DNA of 64,000 bases from Candidatus Methanomethylophilaceae archaeon (GTDB lineage Archaea; Thermoplasmatota; Thermoplasmata; Methanomassiliicoccales; Methanomethylophilaceae): the NCBI GenBank assembly GCA_035271165.1, contig DATERX010000028.1, forward strand, positions 1 through 64,000, written 5' to 3'. Below the pieces are notes generated by a model. The model ran no database searches. It had not been told where the DNA came from and was given only the letters and a program-made list of their open reading frames with translations. Each line of letters opens with the position of its first letter. The stretch's first letter is position 1. Both the position numbers and the translations under genes were made by a program. This document shows, one piece after another, positions 19,259 through 26,949 of the stretch.

Positions 19259-20473
19259 TCAGACCATTCTGTATATCACAAAACCGGACCAGATTTTCGG
19301 GAAGAAGAACGTAGACTTCTTGGGCATAAGCTTTCCATCCGCAGATAGACCCCACACATCGCGGAGCCTCGGATCGTTTAGCAGGATTGCAAGATCATAT
19401 TGCCCGTCGTCCATCTTGCTGATGGATGAGAGAATACTGGAATCGTAATCCACGACGGCCTTGTCCTCATCCCACTTGTACACACCCTTCAGGATTTTCT
19501 CCTGTACCACGTAGGTATCCAGCGCCATAAGTCCCTCTCCTCCCTCGTATTTTCCAAGGTAGGTCTTACCGGAGCGGAATCTGAGGCCCATCATCCAGTT
19601 GCCGAGACCGTTGAGCATCTCCTTCTCCGTACATTCCTGGACCTTAATGGCCTGGTAGATCTTACTGATCGCACTCTTCTCAGAGATGTTAGTGGTCTTG
19701 ACCAAACGATGTGTCGGTAGTATGACCAATCCCGGATCCTCCGTTGCAACGAGTGTGGCTAGCACGTAACCTTTCTTCTCGTCGTCCGGGTTCTCCTGAG
19801 AGTATGCCAACGCGGTCTCGTATCTGTGGTGACCGTCGGCGATCAGGACCCTCTGCTCCTCCATCGAGCTTGTGATCTCGTTACAGACCTTCTCATCGTC
19901 CAACACGGAGTATTTGTGTTCCACGCCTTCGTCGTCGATGTATTCGTAGACCAACTTCGAATGGTCGTTGATCTTGCGGTAAAGTTCATTATCGAAGGAA
20001 TCATGGATGCCCATTATGGATTCAAGATGTGCCTCCATATCCCTAAGGAGGTTGAGTCTGTCCGCCTTGACCTTCGAGAATGTCTCCTCATGAGGGATGA
20101 CCGTTCCATTCTCATAAGGTTCTGTCTTAAGCAGTCCGACGACACCGGTACGTGTCTTTTTCACACCGCCGTCATCGAATGTCTGTTGGTAGACGTAGAA
20201 TGATTTACTATCCTGCACCAAGGAACCATCCTTGATCCAGTTATCGAGTTCCCTCCTCGATCCACGATATCTCCTATCATCATCAGGTTTCAAAGTAAGC
20301 CTTGTGATGTTATGATAATTACTTTGAAGCTCCTCCAAGTACTCCGCGCCTATCACGTCGTAGGGGGGACTGATGCGATTTTCTACTGTTTCTCCAGCCT
20401 TTAGGGCTGGCCTGAATCCCGGAAAGGGTACGAAAGTAACCATAGCGCTCGTGGAGAAGACCGAATTACGCAT
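19259..20473 (-). CDS. DUF1015-family protein
   Basis: N-terminal VPFPGFRPALKAGE...ISPPYDVI matches the DUF1015 hallmark. Start may be the internal Met at 20443. Confidence 0.6.
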   Translation of the reverse strand: MRNSVFSTSAMVTFVPFPGFRPALKAGETVENRISPPYDVIGAEYLEELQSNYHNITRLTLKPDDDRRYRGSRRELDNWIKDGSLVQDSKSFYVYQQTFDDGGVKKTRTGVVGLLKTEPYENGTVIPHEETFSKVKADRLNLLRDMEAHLESIMGIHDSFDNELYRKINDHSKLVYEYIDDEGVEHKYSVLDDEKVCNEITSSMEEQRVLIADGHHRYETALAYSQENPDDEKKGYVLATLVATEDPGLVILPTHRLVKTTNISEKSAISKIYQAIKVQECTEKEMLNGLGNWMMGLRFRSGKTYLGKYEGGEGLMALDTYVVQEKILKGVYKWDEDKAVVDYDSSILSSISKMDDGQYDLAILLNDPRLRDVWGLSADGKLMPKKSTFFFPKIWSGFVIYRMV

Positions 20474-20493
20474 ATATCAAATGAACGAGCCTA

Positions 20494-21540
20494 TCAGCAT
20501 ATCCTGGGTACAGGGTCTCCGATCGGCGGTTCCAATATCCTTTTTCCTCCGACCTCGGTCCTGAGGATAACTCTCTTTGGTCCATCGTTCGCATACCCTA
20601 TCAACGCGGCATCCTTTCCTTCCGGCGTCGATCTCAAAACCTTCAATATCTCGTCAGCCATCTCAGGGACGCATGCGATGACGCACTTACCCTCGTTACC
20701 TATACTCAAAGGATCGAGACCCAATAGATCGCAGGCGTTGACCACACCGTCCCTCAGAGGTATAGAAGCATACTCTATCTCCATGCCAACATGTGATTTC
20801 GAAGCAAGTTCGTTCAAGGTGTTGGCCAACCCTCCGCGGGTGGAGTCTTTCATCGAAGCGATACCGCCGACCTTCAATGCCTTCTCGATCATCATGTTCA
20901 GCGGAGCGACGTCACTCTGTATCTCGCTTTCAAATCCGTAACCTTCACGGAAGGACATCAGCGCTATGCCGTGATCTCCAAAGTATCCAGAGGCGATTAT
21001 CGCGTCACCAGGTGCTATGTTGGAATCCGTGCACCAGTTGTGTGTGACCTTCCTGTATTCCTTAGCCTTATCAAAATTTGAATCAAGGTATTTCGACCTG
21101 CGGCCGATGGCCGATGTAGACATGAACATCTTGTCCACCGCGCCCGCCTCGACAACTTTCGTATCGCCGGTCTCTATCGGCACACCGCATTCCTTGCTGG
21201 TCCTTCCGGCACTGGACATTATCAAGTCCACGATATCAGTATCGAGTCCCTCCTCGATTATCGCGGAACATCCCAATGCCAGGGGTTCAGCGCCCATGAC
21301 GGCGATATCGTTCACGGTACCTGCGACCGAGATCCTCCCAAGGTCTCCGCCTGGGAATATAATCGGCTTCACCGTATGTCCGTCTATAGTGAACACAATC
21401 CCGTCTACCACGGCGGAATCATCCATCGAATCCAGTGATACCTCGGATTTAGCCTTGGGGAAGTGGCACACGATGTGCTTCGACAGGAACTCCTGCATGG
21501 CCTCCCCGCCGGCCCCGTCACTCATTACGACCTTTGCCAT
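20494..21540 (-). CDS. hypE: Hydrogenase maturation protein HypE (PurM-like)
   Basis: N-terminal MSDGAGG and C-terminal PRIC motif, both HypE hallmarks. Confidence 0.85.
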   Translation of the reverse strand: MAKVVMSDGAGGEAMQEFLSKHIVCHFPKAKSEVSLDSMDDSAVVDGIVFTIDGHTVKPIIFPGGDLGRISVAGTVNDIAVMGAEPLALGCSAIIEEGLDTDIVDLIMSSAGRTSKECGVPIETGDTKVVEAGAVDKMFMSTSAIGRRSKYLDSNFDKAKEYRKVTHNWCTDSNIAPGDAIIASGYFGDHGIALMSFREGYGFESEIQSDVAPLNMMIEKALKVGGIASMKDSTRGGLANTLNELASKSHVGMEIEYASIPLRDGVVNACDLLGLDPLSIGNEGKCVIACVPEMADEILKVLRSTPEGKDAALIGYANDGPKRVILRTEVGGKRILEPPIGDPVPRIC

Positions 21541-21633
21541 TTTTGGTTGATGAGTGAACACGGATAAAGACTTGTCTTAATTTTCAAAGTCGGCAGATAT
21601 TTAAAATAAACCCTCGTGTGTAACAGCGACGTT

Positions 21634-21708
21634 GGGCCCTTGGGGTAGCGGATATCCTGTCGGCCTTCGAAGCCGAGGACTCGGGTTCGAATCCCGGAGG
21701 GCCCACCA
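21634..21708 (+). tRNA. tRNA-Arg(TCG)
   Basis: Acceptor GGGCCCT/AGGGCCC, anticodon stem TCGGC/GCCGA, loop CTTCGAA, T-arm TCGGG-TTCGAAT-CCCGG, CCA encoded. TATA-like TATTTAAAATAAA lies ~30 nt upstream. Confidence 0.8.
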
Positions 21709-21860
21709 CTTCCTTTTTCATGGAATTGAGAAAGCCTCGCCTTTTCATATCTTGCTCCAAAAGCTACCTTTGACCGTCTTCAGATATCGACTCTTGCAAA
21801 CCATCTAGCTCGTAATGTGACACAAATTCAACAAACAACCGCGTTTGTCCTCATCGATAA

Positions 21861-22354
21861 GGTTCTTGCATTCGCCAGTACAACATTTGTTACAGAACGC
21901 AAAGGAGATTACCGAACACATCATTTCCTCAATCTGATTACCAGATTGAGCTTGAATATCAAATCACCATCGATGGTCTTCTCGATCTTCGCGTATTCCG
22001 ATCTGGTCGTACTATAGGTATCCAGATAGGATCTGTTGAAGAGGTACTTCTCGAACTCGTTCCTGTTATTGAGGTGAAGGCGCCAGGGAGACCTGACATA
22101 TGCTACCCCGGGAGAGGGATAGCGACATTCGTCAATGGTTGTTTCTGGTACCGGTGCCCAAAATGTGACCTCCCATTATAAGGGTCAATATTGATTTTTG
22201 GACGGCCAAATTCCAGGGTAACGTGGAACGTGACATCAGGAACACCATGGAGCTCGAATCCTCTGGATGGGCCGTCATCACAATCTGGGAATGTGAGATA
22301 AAGGAAGATAATGATGCGGTTTTGGACAGATTACTGTCTGTCCTTGTGTTTTGA
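21861..22354 (+). pseudogene. vsr: Decayed very-short-patch-repair (Vsr) endonuclease gene: no start codon, one frameshift, catalytic His residues replaced
   Basis: Frame A to the stop at 22179: APGRPDICYPGRGIATFVNGCFWYRCPKCDLPL*. Frame B to the stop at 22354: NIDFWTAKFQGNVERDIRNTMELESSGWAVITIWECEI...; E. coli Vsr has ...FVHGCFWHGHHC...EFWLEKIGKNVERD...GWRVLIVWECAL. Confidence 0.7.
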
Positions 22355-22362
22355 CTCCTTGT

Positions 22363-22932
22363 TCAGTTCCCAGGATAGGTCACCAGGGATTCCACGTCAT
22401 ATCCCTTCAATTTGTCGCGCCCATTCAGCCCGGCGAGCTCTATGACGAAGCATATCTTCACAATCTTTCCGCCGAGCCTCTCGATCATCTTGATCATGGC
22501 TTCAGTCGTACCGCCGGTGGCGATGAGATCGTCAACGATCACCACCCTCTGTCCGGGTTTGATACAATCTACATGAAGTTCCAATTCCGCTGTGCCGTAT
22601 TCCAGGTCGTACTCCTGGGAGATGGTCTCACGCGGAAGCTTTCCCTTCTTCCTTACGATGATGAAACCCTTGTTCATGGCGTATGCAACGGGAGCTCCGA
22701 AGATGAATCCCCTGGATTCGGATCCGGCCACAAGGTCGTAATCTATCCCGTCGAGCATCTCTACTATGCCGTCTATGGATTTTGCAAAACCATCCTTATC
22801 CTGTAAAACGGTTGTAATGTCTCTGAACATTATCCCTTTGGAAGGGAAATCCGGTATGGTCTCGATATAGTCTTCAACGGTCTTCATGTGGTAACCATCA
22901 CACAGGACTACCTGAACAGTATAAAAAGACAA
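22363..22932 (-). CDS. Purine phosphoribosyltransferase (adenine PRTase-like)
   Basis: PRPP-binding motif VVIVDDLIATGGT; 189 aa. Confidence 0.7.
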   Translation of the reverse strand: MSFYTVQVVLCDGYHMKTVEDYIETIPDFPSKGIMFRDITTVLQDKDGFAKSIDGIVEMLDGIDYDLVAGSESRGFIFGAPVAYAMNKGFIIVRKKGKLPRETISQEYDLEYGTAELELHVDCIKPGQRVVIVDDLIATGGTTEAMIKMIERLGGKIVKICFVIELAGLNGRDKLKGYDVESLVTYPGN

Positions 22933-23329
22933 TTATGTTAGAAGTTGCCCCCCTTGAAAAGGGGGTAAGGGGCTGGCAAACGCCAGTGTTATTGCGGTCA
23001 TCATTAGCGTCTTGCAGACCGTTCAGGTATGGTCAATCAGAGTAAAGCGCCATCAGGCCCGTCTTATGCTCTTTGTTACCGTAGTACCTTGTTGAACTTT
23101 CTTCGCCGCAGATCTTTGTGTATTTTCGTTTACCGATAGCCACTTACCTCCAGAATATACACGGAATTACTACTATTTATAGCAATCGTTCAACGAATTA
23201 CGTTGATTATCGAATATTACCTACGAATATCGTAATTAATTAGTTGAAAAGTATAGAAAACAGGGTTTTGAACAAAAACCCCTCGGTAGTGCATCATTGA
23301 TGATAGTATAAGGAAAAGAAAAAGAAAGA

Positions 23330-23345
23330 AGCCGGCCGTGGCCGG
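23330..23345 (-). terminator. Hairpin GCCGGCC-ACG-GCCGGC followed on the transcript by an oligo-U tract
   Basis: Lies 10 nt after the stop of 23356..24459; the minus-strand transcript then reads UUCUUUCUUUUUCUUUUCC. Confidence 0.6.
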
Positions 23346-23355
23346 CGTGATGGTT

Positions 23356-24459
23356 TCAGCCCAACTGTTCGGAGCAGTACGGACAGAACTTTGGCGTCTT
23401 CTTCAGACCCTTTAAGCTCTCCCCGCAGTAAGGGCACACGTTGAACACCTTGATGTCACCGGATCCCGAGGCCCCCTTCTGCATCGCAGGCGGCGGTAGC
23501 GGGTCTCTAAACTCCTCGAGCGCCTGTTGCTGAGGTGAGGGTTTTCCGCAGTCGTTGCAGTATTTGTACGGATAATCGTTAGGTGATCCGCAGTACGGAC
23601 ACAGGACCTTGGGAGCCTGCCCTTTATGACTCTGTTCCGTGGCCTGCTGCTGTTGCAGCTGTTGATACATCTGCGGGAAAAGCAACATACCGGTACCGAT
23701 CGCGGCACCTCCCTCGGAGTTACCTATCGCATCTGCCATGCGGTCCATGACTGAGTATCTCTTGAACGCCTCTCCCCTCTGGGAGCTGAACTGAAGATAT
23801 TCGAAGATCTTCTCCTGGTCCTCGTCGGTGGTCCTGAGCTCTGAAATCTTGAATGCCAATAGCTCGATACCCCTCTGGCGGAAGTACGGGTCGATCAACG
23901 CCCTCGTCGCGGACGATGCAAGCTCAAGACTCGAATAGACCTCCATGAAGTACTGTTTCGTGAGCTGCTGGGTGATCTGTTCGTTTATGAAGCTCTTCAT
24001 GAAGGCATTGACGTCACCGGTGCTGTAGGCGCTCATACCCCCAAGTATCTGAGTGTAGAATATCGCCACGTCGTTGATGCGGAACTGATAATCGCCGTTC
24101 GCCATCAAAGTGATCGGAACATCGTAATCGGGTGCGGCCTTGATCATACCCCTTATGCCCCACTTCCCGTTGAACATCTTAAGCGAGACGAATATGACCT
24201 GGACCTTGAACGGGGTCTCCTTATATCCCAGGGCAAGGTTGTAGAGTCTTGTCAGCCAGGGTATGTTGGACGTCGTCAACGTATGCCTTCCAGGCTCCAA
24301 AACACCGGTCAGCTGACCATCCCTCACGAACAACGCCACCGCATGTTCAGGTACTGTAACAGAGGTGACGGTCCTGAGGTCGTCCCTCTCGTACACATAA
24401 ACCATGTCGTCCTGGCCTTGGTTCTTCCATGATATGACATTGGTCTTTTCAACGACCAT
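23356..24459 (-). CDS. YdjI-type SPFH/Band-7-like protein with Q-rich linker and two C-terminal zinc ribbons
   Basis: N-terminal domain resembles B. subtilis YdjI (VISWKNQGQDDMVYVY...FVSLKMFNGKWGIRG). Q-rich linker QMYQQLQQQQ; Cx2C-x9-Cx2C and Cx2C-x12-Cx2C at the C-terminus. Confidence 0.6.
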   Translation of the reverse strand: MVVEKTNVISWKNQGQDDMVYVYERDDLRTVTSVTVPEHAVALFVRDGQLTGVLEPGRHTLTTSNIPWLTRLYNLALGYKETPFKVQVIFVSLKMFNGKWGIRGMIKAAPDYDVPITLMANGDYQFRINDVAIFYTQILGGMSAYSTGDVNAFMKSFINEQITQQLTKQYFMEVYSSLELASSATRALIDPYFRQRGIELLAFKISELRTTDEDQEKIFEYLQFSSQRGEAFKRYSVMDRMADAIGNSEGGAAIGTGMLLFPQMYQQLQQQQATEQSHKGQAPKVLCPYCGSPNDYPYKYCNDCGKPSPQQQALEEFRDPLPPPAMQKGASGSGDIKVFNVCPYCGESLKGLKKTPKFCPYCSEQLG

Positions 24460-24464
24460 TCAAA

Positions 24465-25007
24465 TCACTCCTTCGCCAGGAATCCCTTCATGACGGTTTC
24501 CCTTTCGTTATAGTCCTCGATCAATCTGTCGATGGTCCTCTCGACATCTCTGAGAGGAGTCTTGATGGCGTATTCACCCTGGTCAATCTTCTGTATCAGG
24601 TTGCCGATCTCCTTCCTCAGTAGGACGGTGCCGCCTATCAACTTGGCATCCCATGATATCAGGTCGTCCAGCTCCTCTTCCAGTATCTTGACCGAGGCAT
24701 GCCATCCGCTATAACCGTTCACGGCCTTCTTCACAGATATGTAATACTTGTCCACCTTCGAGGCTATCCTCTCGACATCCCTCATGAGGTCCAGGTTCTC
24801 TATGGCGACCCTGTGTACGGTTGCGAGATCGTTCTTTGCCCCCTCAAGGGTACGGGCGACCTCCTGTCTTATGGCACGGTCCTCGTCCCTACGGAGGTTT
24901 TTCTCTTTGTATCCCCTGTAGATGGGGATGTAAAGACCTACGCGTTCGATGAGTGACGTTGTGCCCTCCATCTTTTCGCTAACTGTCTCTTCCAACGGCA
25001 TTTTCAA
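24465..25007 (-). CDS. Soluble helical/coiled-coil protein of unknown family (operon member)
   Basis: 180 aa, no TM helix, charged heptad-like stretches; 4-nt overlap with the upstream 4-TM gene. Confidence 0.4.
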   Translation of the reverse strand: MKMPLEETVSEKMEGTTSLIERVGLYIPIYRGYKEKNLRRDEDRAIRQEVARTLEGAKNDLATVHRVAIENLDLMRDVERIASKVDKYYISVKKAVNGYSGWHASVKILEEELDDLISWDAKLIGGTVLLRKEIGNLIQKIDQGEYAIKTPLRDVERTIDRLIEDYNERETVMKGFLAKE

Positions 25008-25387
25008 TCACTCCTTATATCACGATTTTTAACAGCCAATACTATCACGAGTATGGCGATGATCAGGACTATCATTGCCACGGGGGCAATCCAGTCAAGG
25101 TCGGTGAACATGTACATGTAACCGGCCAGTCCGATAACCAGCATAAGCACGCCCATCACAAGGCTGTAGTCCGCCTCACTAGGTCCGAAGTTTGTACTCC
25201 GCCCCTTCTGCAACGGTGCCAACACTGCTACGGTCACCCCCATCATAATTAGTATCACCCAGAGGATGATGCTAGCTCCCATATCGGTTGCGTAGTATAA
25301 CACCAGGCCCACCACCAGCGATATAAGGAACATCGCCCCCGATATGGCTGAAAGGGTCCTGTTAGCCCTTCTGTCTCTGCTTTTCAT
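25004..25387 (-). CDS. Small integral membrane protein (4 TM)
   Basis: 127 aa, four hydrophobic helices, basic N-terminus MKSRDRRANR. Confidence 0.5.
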   Translation of the reverse strand: MKSRDRRANRTLSAISGAMFLISLVVGLVLYYATDMGASIILWVILIMMGVTVAVLAPLQKGRSTNFGPSEADYSLVMGVLMLVIGLAGYMYMFTDLDWIAPVAMIVLIIAILVIVLAVKNRDIRSD

Positions 25388-25406
25388 CTTTTCGCCTCCC
25401 TATATA

Positions 25407-26945
25407 TCATATCATTATGAGTTGATCCGTGTTTACTCTTTTCATCCTCTCGGGCAAGAGCTTGCCGAAGCCGTCGATCACTACCATACCGTTCGAGATC
25501 CTGCAAGGAATATAGAGCAGGCCTTTGACATAAGGCTTGCTAAGTTTCAACTTGTTATCGTTCTTAGTGCTTTGCACGAGATAGTTATTGGTAAGGTGTT
25601 CGGCCTCCTTCTTTGTGCTCAGGGGAATCATTATCCTGCGTGCACCGGGACTGCCCGGTCTCGCCGCCTCTGAAATCATCCCTATACCCTCTCCGCCACT
25701 GATGCTCTTTTCCATTCCGCGCAGTCCTGCGAGGATGCTCTTCGGCGGTGAGAGGGAGAATATGTCTGTAAGTCCCGATGAAGGGTTGGTGAGACATCCA
25801 CGGTCTATGGTGAAGTCTGCAGGTATCAGCAGATCCTCAAGTACCTCAACGCTCTTCTTAGACCACAAGGCACCGGTGACGAAGCTGTATCTCAGATTCA
25901 CATACCAGAAGGGGAACAGATGGTCCCCACCTCCAGGTGCGATCATTATCGTATCGTTACCGCTCCTGGAGCTGAGCGCGGCGGAGAGATGGTCGAAGAG
26001 TTCCTTGTTACGGTCCTTGTTCCTTAGGATCCCCCAACCGCTCACGTTGGGATACTGTATCGAATATATTCTGGATAAAGTGGAAAGTGTCTTCACGGCA
26101 TCCCCGCCTGTGGATGCGGCGTTCTTCACAGTCTCGGTGAGCACGGTTATCTTAGAAAGCTCCCTACCCACTCCCTGATACATGACCGCTAGGGAGGGGA
26201 TCGCCAACAATTCGTTTCTAGCCTCCTCTAGCCCGGCAACGCTCTTCTCAAGATAGGATATGCTTCCCAAGGTGTCCCCGTTCAGCATCTTCTCGCATCC
26301 CTCGCACGCCTTTGCGAGGGAATCGAAGCGTTTTGCAACAGGGGCATAGTTAGCCGTACCCCTCAACAGCTCCGCGGCCTGGGAGAAGTTGTTTCCCATA
26401 AGGACGTACCTTCCAGGTTTGTCCTCCTGCAGGAGTTTAACATTGTTAAGCATAAGTGCGTAGGAGTTCACGATCCCCTCTGCATCGGAAAGCTCCTTTT
26501 TATCATCAATGTCCACCGCCAGGGACGATAGGCTTTTTATCTTGGCGTCGAACTCGAAAGCGGATGCCGGCGAATGTACAGGTCTCACGGTAACGTCGAA
26601 GGAGAAGGGCATTACGAAGAGCGAGTTGGTCATAAGGGTGTTCGCCGCGAACCTGTATTCCGTTATCTCGGCGTTCATCCTCGGTTTGACGTTGGTGACG
26701 TAGATGTTGTGCCTCGCCACCGAGTCTACATTCTCCGCCTGTGACATGGAGAACCCTCTGGGCATCGCGTTGCTGACCCATGATCGGACCTGACCCATCA
26801 ATTGGTCGAGGTATGCCTTGGCATCCATCCGCTGCTGTGTGGTACCGCAGCTCTTGCATGAGATGTACGGAGTATCCGCCTCCACGTCCTTCGCGTCGAA
26901 CGGCGCTCCGCAATATTTACATCGTAAAAGCACAAGGTCGTCCAT
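25407..26945 (-). CDS. 512-aa uncharacterised protein with N-terminal zinc ribbon
   Basis: LRCKYCGAPF-x17-CKSCGT at the N-terminus; the rest is soluble alpha/beta with no motif I recognise. Confidence 0.4.
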   Translation of the reverse strand: MDDLVLLRCKYCGAPFDAKDVEADTPYISCKSCGTTQQRMDAKAYLDQLMGQVRSWVSNAMPRGFSMSQAENVDSVARHNIYVTNVKPRMNAEITEYRFAANTLMTNSLFVMPFSFDVTVRPVHSPASAFEFDAKIKSLSSLAVDIDDKKELSDAEGIVNSYALMLNNVKLLQEDKPGRYVLMGNNFSQAAELLRGTANYAPVAKRFDSLAKACEGCEKMLNGDTLGSISYLEKSVAGLEEARNELLAIPSLAVMYQGVGRELSKITVLTETVKNAASTGGDAVKTLSTLSRIYSIQYPNVSGWGILRNKDRNKELFDHLSAALSSRSGNDTIMIAPGGGDHLFPFWYVNLRYSFVTGALWSKKSVEVLEDLLIPADFTIDRGCLTNPSSGLTDIFSLSPPKSILAGLRGMEKSISGGEGIGMISEAARPGSPGARRIMIPLSTKKEAEHLTNNYLVQSTKNDNKLKLSKPYVKGLLYIPCRISNGMVVIDGFGKLLPERMKRVNTDQLIMI

Positions 26946-26949
26946 GGGG

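Noticed and set aside
21817-22017. 66-aa ORF 21817..22017 (+) upstream of the vsr remnant
   Set aside because: It lies in a different frame from the Vsr-homologous frames and has no motif; it is probably spurious. The genuine signal in this interval is the frameshifted vsr pseudogene.
22969-23330. Possible structured ncRNA (SRP RNA, RNase P RNA or C/D-box sRNA) in the long spacer
   Set aside because: I found no recognisable conserved motif, such as the SRP helix-8 GNRA/AGGCC features, RNase P P4 or C/D boxes with guide complementarity. It is kept only as an unexplained palindrome-rich region.
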